A DNA stretch of 64,000 nucleotides. It comes from an uncultured Solirubrobacterales bacterium (lineage in GTDB: Bacteria > Actinomycetota > Thermoleophilia > Solirubrobacterales > JBBDJG01). Below, piece after piece: positions 18,369 to 28,202 of the stretch; the first letter of the stretch is position 1, and each line of letters starts with the position of its first letter. The notes under the pieces were generated by a model. That model was not told the DNA's origin. It ran no database searches and saw only the letters and a list, made by a program, of their open reading frames with translations. A program made the translations under genes and the position numbers. The stretch lies in contig CAWACB010000001.1 of assembly GCA_963780475.1 (NCBI GenBank), positions 5,897-69,896 on the forward strand, read 5' to 3'.

Positions 18369-19622
18369 TTACGGACCCGTGCGGACCGGCGGCGGGCCGC
18401 CGCCACCGGGCGGGGCAGGTGGCCTGCCGTTGGCCGGCCGCTGCGGGCTGCGCTCGTCGGCCTCGCGAGAGCGCTGCTCGCCGGGGGGCGATTCGGAGAC
18501 GCTCTTGTGCTCCGGCGAGAAGATCTGGTCCACCGAGCTGGAGCGCTGGCCGTCGGATGCGACCAGCAGCTTGAAGTCGTGCGGGTGGGTGGCCGCCTTG
18601 AGCGCGTCGTCCATGCTGATCATGCCCTCGCGATGGAGGTGCAGCAGCGCTTGGTCGAAGGTCTGCATGCCGTAGTAGGTGCCGTCGGAGATTGCCTCAC
18701 CGAGCTTCCCGGTCTCCTTGGAGTCGATGATCATGTCGCGCACGCGGCCGGTCATCGTGAGCACTTCGCAGGCGGCGACGCGGCCCTTGCCATCCACGGT
18801 CGGGATCAGCCGCTGCGAGATCACTCCTCGCAGCGCGCCGGCGAGCATCGCGCGGATCTGCTGATGGTGATGCGGCGGGAAGAAGTCGATGATGCGGTTG
18901 AGCGTTTCGACCGCGTCGATCGTGTGCAGCGTGCTGAGCACGAGGTGACCCGTCTCGGCGGCGCTCAGGGCGGTGCCGACGGTCTCCTCGTCACGCATCT
19001 CGCCGATCAGGATCACGTCCGGGTCCTGGCGCAGCGCCCGGCGCAGGGCCTGCGGGAAGTTCTTGGTGTCGAAGCCGATCTCGCGCTGATGGACGACGGA
19101 CGTCTTGTCCTTGTGCAGGTACTCGATCGGGTCCTCGATCGTCACGATGTTCTTCGCGTAGCTCGAGTTGATGTGGTCGACCATCGCCGCGAGCGTGGTC
19201 GACTTGCCCGATCCGGTGGTTCCCGTGACGAGGATCAGTCCGCGCTCCTCGTCGGCGAGCTTGCCGATCACAGCGGGAAGCTCGAGCTCGGGGATGGAGC
19301 GGATCGCGAACGGCACGACCCGGAAGACGATCGACGTCGAACCGCGCTGGCGGAAGGCGTTGACGCGGTAGCGGGCGAGGCCCGGGACCGTGTGCGAGAA
19401 GTCGATCTCGCCGTCGCTCTGGAACTCGGCGAGCTTGTCTCCCGTCCCCAGCATCTCGCGCACGAACCGCTCCGTGTCCTCGGGAGTGAGCACCGGGGCA
19501 TCCGGGATGGGCACCAGCCCACCGTGCAGGCGGACAAGCGGCGGCGCCGGGACCTTCATGTGCAAGTCCGACCCACCCATCTCGACCACGGCGCGAAGGG
19601 CTTCCTCTAGCTCGAAAGCCAT
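18369..19622 (-). CDS. pilT: Type IV pilus retraction ATPase PilT/PilU
   Basis: SDLH, TGTTGSGKSTT, TIEDPIE, ALRQDPDVILIGEMRD, ETGHLVLSTLHT and GMQTFDQ. Confidence 0.92.
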   Translation of the reverse strand: MAFELEEALRAVVEMGGSDLHMKVPAPPLVRLHGGLVPIPDAPVLTPEDTERFVREMLGTGDKLAEFQSDGEIDFSHTVPGLARYRVNAFRQRGSTSIVFRVVPFAIRSIPELELPAVIGKLADEERGLILVTGTTGSGKSTTLAAMVDHINSSYAKNIVTIEDPIEYLHKDKTSVVHQREIGFDTKNFPQALRRALRQDPDVILIGEMRDEETVGTALSAAETGHLVLSTLHTIDAVETLNRIIDFFPPHHHQQIRAMLAGALRGVISQRLIPTVDGKGRVAACEVLTMTGRVRDMIIDSKETGKLGEAISDGTYYGMQTFDQALLHLHREGMISMDDALKAATHPHDFKLLVASDGQRSSSVDQIFSPEHKSVSESPPGEQRSREADERSPQRPANGRPPAPPGGGGPPPVRTGP

Positions 19623-19781
19623 GCTGGGGTGATCGGCGCTTTCATCGCCGGCCTTGAATGCATGCATCGGATGCGAGCGCCCAGTGGCGGAGCGGAACGG
19701 GCTCGTGGTGAGGCGGCGGCGGTTAGACGCGTTCAGGCACGTCTCCCACGCGTTCTGTTGTGCTCACGTCGCGCGATTCCA

Positions 19782-19830
19782 GACGTGCGGCATCTGAGTC
19801 TCGATATGCGGCATTCAGATGCCGCACGTC
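19782..19830. repeat. Perfect 16-bp inverted repeat with a 17-nt loop
   Basis: GACGTGCGGCATCTGA (19782-19797) and TCAGATGCCGCACGTC (19815-19830). Confidence 0.85.
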
Positions 19831-19846
19831 CGGCCGGCGGCAAAGG

Positions 19847-19871
19847 AAAGGCCGCCCGGAGGCGGCCTTTT
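19847..19871 (-). terminator. Intrinsic terminator downstream of the sigma factor gene
   Basis: AAAGGCCGCC-CGGA-GGCGGCCTTTT GC-rich hairpin with A/T flanks about 20 nt after the stop codon. Confidence 0.8.
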
Positions 19872-19892
19872 CAAGTGCTTGGTCGGCTCCGG

Positions 19893-20990
19893 TTACGCCA
19901 CTTCGCGGAGCTTCTGTGCCTCCGCCAGCGACTGGAGCTTCTTCAGCGACTGGTTCTCGATCTGGCGGATGCGCTCGCGCGTCACGTTGAACGTGCGACC
20001 GACCTCGTCCAGCGTCCGCGGGTGCTCCCCGCCCAGCCCGTAGCGCAGCTCCAGCACACGCCGCTCACGGTAGGACAGGTTCTCGAGCGCCTCGCGCAGC
20101 GCCTCCTTGGTGAGGTTGTCGACCGCCCGGTCGTAAGGAGACTCGGCCCGCTCGTCGGCAATGAACTGCCCGAACTCGGACTCCTCCTCGTCACCGACCG
20201 GCTTCTCGAGCGAGATCGGCGCCTGCGCAGACCGCTTGATCGCCCCAACCTCCTCGGGGTCGATGCCGGTCACCGCAGCGATCTCGTCGGCGGTGGGCTC
20301 GCGGCCCAGCTCCGTCACCAGCTTCCGCTCGGCACGACCGATCTTGTTCAGCTTCTCGACCACGTGCACCGGGATGCGGATCGTGCGCGCCTTGTCTGCC
20401 AGGGCGCGGGCGATCGCCTGCCGGATCCACCAGGTGGCGTACGTGGAGAACTTGAACCCCTTGCGGTAGTCGAACTTCTCCGCCGCGCGCACCAGCCCGA
20501 GCGTTCCCTCCTGGATCAGGTCCAGGAAGGGCAGGCCCTGGTTGCGGTAGTTCTTGGCAATCGAGACGACCAGCCTGAGGTTCGACTCGACCATCTTCTG
20601 CTTGGCGTCGAGGTCGCCGCGCTCGATGCGCTTGGCGAGCTCGACCTCCTCCTGCGCCGTCAGCAGCCGCACCTTCCCGATGTCCTTCAGGAAGAGCTGC
20701 AGCGAGTCCGTCGTCATGTCCGGACGCAGGTCGATCTGGTTCTTGGCCCTGCGGCGGCCCTTCGGCGCGGGAGGTTCGACCTCCGGCTTCGGGGTGCCCG
20801 CCTCTGAGTCCTCGACGATCTCGATCTCGGAGCGCTCAAGGAAGCCGTATAGCTCTTCGACGTCTCCTTCTTCCAGGTCGATCTCCGACACTGCGTCGGC
20901 GACCTCTGCGAAGGTCAGTACGCCCTGCTGTTGGCCCTTGGTAACGAGGCCCTTGATCTCGTCGAGTTCGTGAAGTTCGCTTTGAAGCAT
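19893..20990 (-). CDS. rpoD: RNA polymerase sigma factor, RpoD/SigA family
   Basis: Region 1.1-like N-terminus, [38 protein letters not shown] and [20 protein letters not shown]. Confidence 0.93.
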   Translation of the reverse strand: MLQSELHELDEIKGLVTKGQQQGVLTFAEVADAVSEIDLEEGDVEELYGFLERSEIEIVEDSEAGTPKPEVEPPAPKGRRRAKNQIDLRPDMTTDSLQLFLKDIGKVRLLTAQEEVELAKRIERGDLDAKQKMVESNLRLVVSIAKNYRNQGLPFLDLIQEGTLGLVRAAEKFDYRKGFKFSTYATWWIRQAIARALADKARTIRIPVHVVEKLNKIGRAERKLVTELGREPTADEIAAVTGIDPEEVGAIKRSAQAPISLEKPVGDEEESEFGQFIADERAESPYDRAVDNLTKEALREALENLSYRERRVLELRYGLGGEHPRTLDEVGRTFNVTRERIRQIENQSLKKLQSLAEAQKLREVA

Positions 20991-21119
20991 GTGGGTTTTT
21001 TCGTGTCCTTTCAAAACTCCCGGGCGGCCGGCGAGGCCGAAGCCCCTTTTCCCGGCCCGATGGGGTCTCAGACCTTGATCGTAGCCTCGGGGGAGGAACG
21101 TGACCGAAAGTTCGGCCAG

Positions 21120-21135
21120 TCAAACATATGTTCCC
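21120..21135. promoter_or_regulatory. Putative LexA (SOS) box next to a -10-like hexamer upstream of the sigma gene
   Basis: TCAAACATATGTTCCC versus the actinobacterial consensus TCGAAC-N4-GTTCGA; minus-strand TACGAT at 21141-21136 directly precedes it. Confidence 0.55.
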
Positions 21136-21460
21136 ATCGTACTGCTATGCAAAGTAAAGCTACCTGCTGCAGCGCCAAATCGAGGCCGTCCTGCACCCCG
21201 ATGCTGCCCGGTCTACCTCTACCTATACGCCGCTGCGCTCGAATAGGGACAGTCGAGAACCAAAAAAGTTGTGCCCCAATCAGGGCTTTTCCCTTGTTCG
21301 AACGTAGCTCGACAACGGACGAGCCGTACTGGACACGTCCCCTCGATGACTGGAGGCGTCTAGTCCAGCGGCTACGTTACACGGCGGCGATTACACTGCG
21401 CAAGCTTTTTTAGCCGCCGGCACGCGAAGTTCCGCGAGTTCACTGAGGGGAAGGGAAGGC

Positions 21461-21919
21461 GTGGACCAGCTATACAGCCGCACCGAGACGCCTGACGCAG
21501 CCGACGCCGTGAGCGCGCTGCCGCAGGAGGCGTCCGGTGGCGGCGACGGGCCGATCGGGATCATGTCGGCCCTGCCTCACCGACGCCCGCACCGCAGAAG
21601 CGCCCTGCGCGACGCCGGCCCGCCGGCGGTTCCCGTCGCCGCGGCGACGAGCGGGGTGGCCCGGGCCGCCGCGGCAGTCGCGGAGACCGAGCCGGTCGAG
21701 GAGCGGCACCTGCGACCGGTCGGGAGCGCGCCTGTCGAGCGGGCTCCGCGCCGGCAGCGTCCGCGGCGCAAGACCCTTCCGCCGCCGCGGGAGCCGGCGC
21801 CCGGCATCGGCCGGCTGGCGCTCGACGGCGCGGTCGAGACGGCCAAGTTCCCCTGGCGGGTGGCCGCCGAGCTGGCCCGCCAAGCGGCCGGCTCGATCAC
21901 CGGCACGCTGCGACGCTGA
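21461..21919 (+). CDS. Hypothetical protein
   Basis: GTG preceded by purine-rich GAGGGGAAGGGAAGG; stop overlaps the probable moeA start. Confidence 0.55.
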   Translation: MDQLYSRTETPDAADAVSALPQEASGGGDGPIGIMSALPHRRPHRRSALRDAGPPAVPVAAATSGVARAAAAVAETEPVEERHLRPVGSAPVERAPRRQRPRRKTLPPPREPAPGIGRLALDGAVETAKFPWRVAAELARQAAGSITGTLRR

Positions 21920-23130
21920 GCCCGCTGCTTGCTCCACCCGAGGCGCTGCGCCTGGTGCTGGAGCGGGTGCGGCCGTTGGACGCGGAGGACGTCCCGCTTG
22001 CCGATGCGCTCGGCCGCGTGCTGGCGCAAGACGTGACGAGCTTCGATGACGTGCCGGGGTTCGACAACTCGGCCATGGACGGCTACGCCGTGCGCGCCGC
22101 CGACACGAGCGGCGCCGAGCTCGAGGATGCGGTCCGCCTGCGCCTGGCAGGCGAGTCCCGCGCGGGCAGGCCGGCCGAGCACGAGCTGCGCGAGGGCGAG
22201 GCCTACACGATCTCGACCGGCGCGATGGTGCCCGCCGGCGCTGACGCGGTCGTGCGGGTCGAGGACACGGCACCGGCCTCTGACGCGGTCGACGTGCTGC
22301 GCGCCGTCGAGCCGGGCACCGACATCCGGCGCGCTGGCGAGGACATCCGGGCCGGTGAGCGCGTGCTCGAGGCCGGCCGGCGACTCGGCCCGGCCGAGCT
22401 CGGGGTGGCGGCATCGACAGGCGCGCCAACGGTGAGCTGTTACCGGCGCCCGTCGGTGTCGTTGGTGTCGACCGGAGACGAGCTGACCGCCCCGGGCAAG
22501 CCGCTGCCCCCCGGCGGCGTGCGCAACACGAACTCCTTCGCCCTGCCTGCGCAGGCGCGGCGGGCGGGTGCCGACGCTTTGGAGCCACGTCTCGCTCCGG
22601 ACGACTTCGACGCCACGGTCGAGGCCCTGCGGGGCGCGCTCAACGCCGACGTGACGGTGATCACCGGCGGCGTGTCGGTGGGACCGCACGACCACGTCAA
22701 GCCGGCGCTGTCGGAGCTCGGTGTCGAGGAGGTCTTCTGGGGAGTCGCGCTGCGGCCCGGCAAGCCGACTTGGTTCGGAGTCGCGGGTGACGGAGCGCCG
22801 CTGGTGTTCGGCCTGCCGGGGAACCCGGTGTCGGCGATGGTCACCTTCCACCTGTTCGTGCGGCCGGCGATCGCGGCGCTGATGGGCTCCGCCCCGGTGG
22901 AGCGCCGCGCGGAGGCGGTGTTCGACGCCGGCTACGCCAAGCAGCCCGGCCGCGCCCATGTCGTGCGCTGCCGCTTGGAGGCTCAGTCCGACGGCTGGCA
23001 CGTCCACCCCACGAAGGCCCAGGGCTCCCACGTGCTGACATCGATGCTCGACGCCGACGCGCTGGCGTATCTGGACGTGGAGCGCGGAGACGTGGCCGCC
23101 GGCGAGCGGGTGGAGATCGAGATTCTCTAG
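21916..23130 (+). CDS. moeA: Molybdopterin molybdotransferase MoeA
   Basis: ALGRVLA, FDNSAMDGYA, STGDEL, TGGVSVG, LRPGKP and GLPGNPVS; frame is open to a CTG at 21916 (first GTG at 21955). Confidence 0.95.
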   Translation: MSPLLAPPEALRLVLERVRPLDAEDVPLADALGRVLAQDVTSFDDVPGFDNSAMDGYAVRAADTSGAELEDAVRLRLAGESRAGRPAEHELREGEAYTISTGAMVPAGADAVVRVEDTAPASDAVDVLRAVEPGTDIRRAGEDIRAGERVLEAGRRLGPAELGVAASTGAPTVSCYRRPSVSLVSTGDELTAPGKPLPPGGVRNTNSFALPAQARRAGADALEPRLAPDDFDATVEALRGALNADVTVITGGVSVGPHDHVKPALSELGVEEVFWGVALRPGKPTWFGVAGDGAPLVFGLPGNPVSAMVTFHLFVRPAIAALMGSAPVERRAEAVFDAGYAKQPGRAHVVRCRLEAQSDGWHVHPTKAQGSHVLTSMLDADALAYLDVERGDVAAGERVEIEIL

Positions 23131-24066
23131 CTAGCTTCGCTGGTTCAGGTTCCATTCGAGCCAGCCGAGCCCGGTGCGCCCATCGTCCGTGCGGACGCGG
23201 CACATCGCCCGCGGAAAGCTGGTGGTGCGGCCGTCCGGCGCCTCGAGCCGCAGGGCGCCGAACGCCAGCGGCTCGACGGCGACCGCAACCGCGCCGGGCT
23301 CGAGCGCCAGGGACGCCGCGGTCACCAGCCCGTTCGGTCCGACCTCCTCCGAGGCCTCGACCGCCGTCAGCTCCTGCGGCTCGCCGTCGCCCGGCTGCAC
23401 GTACCCGACTCCGAAGCCGCTGCCGTCCGGCAGCCTTATCTGCACCGCGTGCACACGGTCGCCGTCGAGCCGCACGGCGCTCCACATCCAGTCGAACGCC
23501 CACCAGTCGCGGACGCCCCAGGAGTGGTCGCGCTGGCCCGGGCCGCGCAGCTCCAGCGTCTCGCCGCCGAGGCGGATGGTCCCGGCGACCTGACAGGGAA
23601 TCTCATACCGGGTCGTCATGGGATAGGCGTACGGGAGACCGTCCGTCTCCCACGCCAGGTCGAGCGCAACCTCCACCGGTGCGCCGGCCTCCCCGCGGAG
23701 CGGGGCTGAGTGGTCGTCGTGCGCCTCGCCGGTCGCAGCGAGTGTCACCGCGAACCGCTCGAGCGGGCGCTCGCAGCGATGCTCCGCTCGGATCGCATCG
23801 GTTTGCACCGTGAGCCGCTCGTCTTCCGGGAGCGGTGCTCCGAGGTCGATGACGGCGACGGAGGGCCGCCCGGGGCCCGTTACGAAGGCGGTGTACCAGG
23901 CGACGCCCAAATTGGGGTAGAGCCCGATTCGGACGTAGGCGCCCAGGCTCCCGTCCTCCGCGACCGCGTCGAAGTACCAGCTCTCGTTCCAAAGCTGCTC
24001 GTCGCCCGCCGCATGGGAGCGCTCGTCCCCCGGTGCGGGGGCGGGAAAGTCGCCTGCCGCTGTCAC
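23131..24066 (-). CDS. Hypothetical beta-rich protein (tocopherol cyclase/lipocalin-like)
   Basis: WNESWYFD, TRYEIPC and GQRDHSWGVRDWW motifs; overlaps the phosphotransferase gene. Confidence 0.75.
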   Translation of the reverse strand: MTAAGDFPAPAPGDERSHAAGDEQLWNESWYFDAVAEDGSLGAYVRIGLYPNLGVAWYTAFVTGPGRPSVAVIDLGAPLPEDERLTVQTDAIRAEHRCERPLERFAVTLAATGEAHDDHSAPLRGEAGAPVEVALDLAWETDGLPYAYPMTTRYEIPCQVAGTIRLGGETLELRGPGQRDHSWGVRDWWAFDWMWSAVRLDGDRVHAVQIRLPDGSGFGVGYVQPGDGEPQELTAVEASEEVGPNGLVTAASLALEPGAVAVAVEPLAFGALRLEAPDGRTTSFPRAMCRVRTDDGRTGLGWLEWNLNQRS

Positions 24067-25151
24067 GCGGGCAGGAGCTCCTCCGCGCCGAGGTCGAGGA
24101 TCTGTCGCGCGGTGCGGTCCAGAGAGGTCATGAACATGTCGTCGCCGCGCTCGGTGCGCACGACCAGCATGGGCGCGATCACCGCCATCAGTAGGCCGTG
24201 AAACGTCCGGCGCCGGTACTCCTCCCAGCAGTCGTCCCAGCCGAGCCCCTCGACGCCGAGCTCGACGAGCTGTTGGTGGTAGAGGCGGACCAGCTCCTCC
24301 TCGTGCGCGCCCCGCTCGCTCGCGGCAGGACCGGCGCCCAGGAAGTAGGACACGTCGAGGAGCGGCGGCCCAAAGCTGACCGTCTGCCAGTCGACGACGG
24401 TCAGCGGCCGCGGGCTACCGGGCAGGCCGAACAGCATGTTGTCCAGACGGTAGTCGCCGTGCACGATCGAGAAAGGCGATCGGCGGTCGGCGATCCACGC
24501 GTCGAGGCGCGGGACGAAGCGCTCGATCAGCGCGCGGTGCTCTGGAGCGAGCCGCGCGTCGTAGCGCTCGAAAAAGCCGCCGAGCAGATGCTCCACCAGC
24601 ACCTGGTCGACCTTCGATGGCTGGTTCAGCCAGTCGGAGCTCGCGAGCTGCTCGTCGTCCCACAGGGGGCCGTGCAGGCGGGCGAGGTCGCGCATCGCCA
24701 AGCGCGCGTCCTCGATCGAGCAGCCCGCGATCTGGTCGCCCTGCGTCGCGGGGCGCGCATCTTCCAACAGCAGAGTGAACCAGCCTTCCTGCGGCTCGTG
24801 CAGGGCGAGGTGACAGGGAGCGAGCGGCCCGCCGATCCGCGGTGCGACGTCGCGGTAGAAGAGCACCTCGCGCTCGTAGATGCCCAGGTTGATACCGGTC
24901 GCGCGGCTCAGCTCGTCGGAGGACGCGATCTTGAGCACGACTGTCGCCGGCAGCCCATCGGCGCTCCCGTTCCAGTCGAGCGCGAGCCTGTGGCTCTCGC
25001 TCATCTGGCCGGTGCCAATCGCCTCCGACTGGACGTGCTCGACGACCGCCCGTTCGCCCGCCGCGCCCGAGGCGCGCAGCGCCTGCGTGAGCCATTCGGG
25101 GGTGACGTCCTGTGCGCGGCGGACGAGGCCGGGCCCCACCGCGCGCTCCAT
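24063..25151 (-). CDS. APH/ecdysteroid kinase-like phosphotransferase
   Basis: IGTGQMS, YEREVLFY, HGDYRLDN and VDWQ motifs. Confidence 0.9.
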   Translation of the reverse strand: MERAVGPGLVRRAQDVTPEWLTQALRASGAAGERAVVEHVQSEAIGTGQMSESHRLALDWNGSADGLPATVVLKIASSDELSRATGINLGIYEREVLFYRDVAPRIGGPLAPCHLALHEPQEGWFTLLLEDARPATQGDQIAGCSIEDARLAMRDLARLHGPLWDDEQLASSDWLNQPSKVDQVLVEHLLGGFFERYDARLAPEHRALIERFVPRLDAWIADRRSPFSIVHGDYRLDNMLFGLPGSPRPLTVVDWQTVSFGPPLLDVSYFLGAGPAASERGAHEEELVRLYHQQLVELGVEGLGWDDCWEEYRRRTFHGLLMAVIAPMLVVRTERGDDMFMTSLDRTARQILDLGAEELLPA

Positions 25152-25155
25152 GCGA

Positions 25156-26193
25156 CTAGCCGTACCGCTCGCCCGTCAGGGCGCGGAGCTTCACTCGGTT
25201 GTGCGTGGCGGCGACCTTGCGCACGGTTCCGGAGCGGGAGCGCATCACGAGTGACTCGGTCGTCGCCTCCGCGCCGTCGCGGTAGCGGACTCCCTGCAGC
25301 AGGTCGCCGTCGGTGACGCCGGTGGCGGCGAAGAAGACGTCCTCGCCGGACACCAGGCGGTCGACGTCGAGCATCTCCTTGAGGTCGTAGCCGGCCTCGA
25401 GGGCCGCGTTGCGCTCCTCGTCGTCGCGGGGCCACAGGCGACCGACCAGCTGGCCGCCCATCGACTTGATCGCCGCGGCCGAGAGGACGCCTTCGGGCGT
25501 CCCGCCGATTCCCCACAACAGGTCGACGCCCGTTCCCGGGGTGACCGCCAGCAGCGCCGCGGACACGTCCCCGTCGGTGATGAAGCGGATGCGCGCGCCG
25601 GCGGCGCGGATCTCCTGGACCGCCTCCTTGTGGCGCTCGCGGTCGAGCATGATCACCATCAGGTCGCTGACGCCGGAGCCGCGCCGCCCGGCCACCAGCC
25701 GGAGCGTTTCGCCGAGCGGCCGCTCGAGGTCGAGCAGGTCCGCGATGTCTGGGCCGCCGGCGATCTTCTCCATGTAGACGCACGGCCCGGGGTCGAACAT
25801 CGTGCCGCGCTCGGCCAGCGCGACCACCGACAGGGCGTTCGGCTGGCCGCGCGCCGTCAGCGTCGTTCCCTCCAGCGGGTCGACGGCCACGTCGACGTTG
25901 GGCGGGCTGCCGTCGCCGATCTGCTCGCCGTTGTAGAGCATCGGCGCCTCGTCCTTCTCGCCCTCGCCGATCACCACGACGCCGTCCATCGGCACCGCGT
26001 GCAGGGTGAATCGCATCGCGTCGACCGCGGCCTGGTCGGCGGACTCCTTCTCGCCGCGGCCGACCCAGCGGGCCGCCGCCAGCGCGGCCGACTCGGTCAC
26101 GCGCACGAGTTCGAGAGCGAGGTTTCTGTCGGGATGGCTCGTGTCGCGCAGGTCGTGCGCGATCACGCCTCTAGGGTCGTTCTCGGTGGCCAT
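25156..26193 (-). CDS. glpX: Class II fructose-1,6-bisphosphatase
   Basis: DRNLALELVRVTE, VIGEGEKDEAPML, DPLEGT, GGTPEGV and FAATGVTDG. Confidence 0.96.
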   Translation of the reverse strand: MATENDPRGVIAHDLRDTSHPDRNLALELVRVTESAALAAARWVGRGEKESADQAAVDAMRFTLHAVPMDGVVVIGEGEKDEAPMLYNGEQIGDGSPPNVDVAVDPLEGTTLTARGQPNALSVVALAERGTMFDPGPCVYMEKIAGGPDIADLLDLERPLGETLRLVAGRRGSGVSDLMVIMLDRERHKEAVQEIRAAGARIRFITDGDVSAALLAVTPGTGVDLLWGIGGTPEGVLSAAAIKSMGGQLVGRLWPRDDEERNAALEAGYDLKEMLDVDRLVSGEDVFFAATGVTDGDLLQGVRYRDGAEATTESLVMRSRSGTVRKVAATHNRVKLRALTGERYG

Positions 26194-26204
26194 GCCGAGG
26201 AGCG

Positions 26205-26663
26205 TTAGGTGAACTGGCCGGGCGGCCTGCGGCGGACCCCGCCGCGCGTGATCTGGCTGATCGCGCCGCCGACGATGATCCCCAGAGCGCCGAGGAGGCC
26301 CACGAACCACCCGATGTCGAGGTCGACGAACGCGCGGTTGTCCCCCACCTTGTCGACGATCCCGTTGTAGAGGATCAGGGTCGTGGCGACGGCGCCGACG
26401 ATCATCGTCACCTCGCCCGGCGGCCACGACAGCTCATGGCCGCGCACCACGATCCACACGAGGATCAGCGGCGCGAACGCGCCCAGCACGAGCAGGATGT
26501 CGAGGATCGTGAACGTCTCGAAGCCGGTGCAGCTGTCCTTCCCGGCACCGCAGAGATTCTCGTTGCCGCTGACGCCGAACCACGGCAGTAGCAGGCTGAT
26601 GAAGAGCAGGAGCCCGCCCGCCGCCGCAACGATGTCACCGTTTCCGAGCCGCCTGAAGTCCAT
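26205..26663 (-). CDS. Four-TM membrane hypothetical protein
   Basis: Four hydrophobic segments, LLPWF motif, ATG start. Confidence 0.75.
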   Translation of the reverse strand: MDFRRLGNGDIVAAAGGLLLFISLLLPWFGVSGNENLCGAGKDSCTGFETFTILDILLVLGAFAPLILVWIVVRGHELSWPPGEVTMIVGAVATTLILYNGIVDKVGDNRAFVDLDIGWFVGLLGALGIIVGGAISQITRGGVRRRPPGQFT

Positions 26664-26848
26664 TCGGGGCGTGACCTTATCCGCTGCCGCGCCGATCCGT
26701 CGCGGCCGTGTGACGCGGCGCCCACTCGGGCGACAAATCTGAGTCGTCTAGACTGCTCCACTTCCTCCCGGACTTCCGTACGCATGAGCGAACACTCCCT
26801 CGCCCGCGCCGGACACGGCGGCCCTCACCCGCTCAGGGAAGGCTGACC

Positions 26849-28200
26849 ATGGAACGAAGCGCTCCAACCGCCACCCCGGGAGTGGGCCGGACGCCTGCCC
26901 GCGCGGAGGCGATCGCCGATCGGCTGGGCGATGCGCGCACTCGCACGCTGTCCCTGCTCGAGGGGTTGCCGGAAGCGGCGCTCAACCGGGTGCACAGCCC
27001 GCTGATGAGCCCGCTGGTGTGGGATCTCGGCCACATCGCCACGTTCGAGGACCTGTGGCTGGTGCAGAACGCGCACGGCGCCGAGCCGCTGCGCGGCGAC
27101 CTGAGCAGCATCTACGACCCGTTCACAGCCGAGCGCAGCCAGCGCGGCGCGCTGCCCTACCTGCGCACCGGAGAGTGCTTCGCCTACATGGAGACGGTCC
27201 GTGCGCGCACGCTCGAGCACCTCGAGTCCGCCGACCTGAGCCCCGAGTCGAGCGACCTGCTGGCGAACGGCTTCGTCTACGAGATGGTGCTGCGCCACGA
27301 GATGCAGCACACCGAGACGATGCTCCAGACGCTGCAGCTGATGACCTCGGACGAGTACGGCACGCCGGGCCGCCGCGCGACTGCCGAGCCCACCCGCTCG
27401 GCGGCGGGCCGGGATGGTGCGGGTCCCGGGCGGCCGGTTCCAGATGGGTGCCTCCGAGGACGGCTTCGCATACGACAACGAGCGCCCGCGGCACGAGCGC
27501 GACGTGAGGGAGTTCCTGATCGACGCGACGCCCGTCAGCAACGGGCAGTTCGCGGACTTCGCGCTTGACGGCGGCTATGACCGGCCCGAGCTCTGGTCGG
27601 AGGAAGGCTGGCTCTGGCGCAGCCGCGCGGGCATCGTGCTGCCGCTCTACTGGTCGCGCGACGGCGAGGACTTCGCGGTGCGCTCGTTCGCGCAGCACTG
27701 AGCCGCTCGATCCGGACCTGCCGGTCTGCCACGTGTCCTGGTACGAGGCCGACGCCTACGCCCGCTGGGCCGGCAAGCGCCTGCCCACCGAGGCCGAGTG
27801 GGAGAAGGCGGCGTCGTGGGACGCCGGCACCGAGTTCAAGCGGACCAACCCCTGGGGCGAGGAACCGGCCGACGAGGCACTCGCCAACCTGGACCAGCTG
27901 TCGTTCGGCACCGCGCCCTGCGGCTCGTACGAGGACGGCGCGTCACCGTGTGGCGCGCTCCAGATGGCCGGCGACGTCTGGGAATGGACCGCTTCGGGCT
28001 TCGAGGGATATCCGGGCTTCCGCGCGTTCCCCTACGAGGAGTACTCACAGGAGTTCCTCGGCGGCCCCTACCGGGTGCTGCGGGGCGGGGCCTGGGCCAC
28101 GCAGCCGGACGCCGTCAGCACCACGTTCCGCAATTGGGACTACCCGCTGCGGCGCCAGCTGTTCGCCGGCTTCCGGTGCGCCATGGACGCGGAGGACTGA
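26849..28200 (+). CDS. egtB: Ergothioneine biosynthesis sulfoxide synthase EgtB (frameshifts near 27390 and 27700)
   Basis: SPLVWDLGHI and HEMQHTETMLQ metal motif, then FGE-sulfatase domain YDNERPRH, RLPTEAEWEKA, GDVWEWT and GFRCA. Confidence 0.9.
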
Positions 28201-28202
28201 GC

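Noticed and set aside
21297-21312. Second SOS-box-like sequence TCGAAC-GTA-GCTCGA
   Set aside because: The spacer is 3 nt rather than 4 and one half-site is mismatched.
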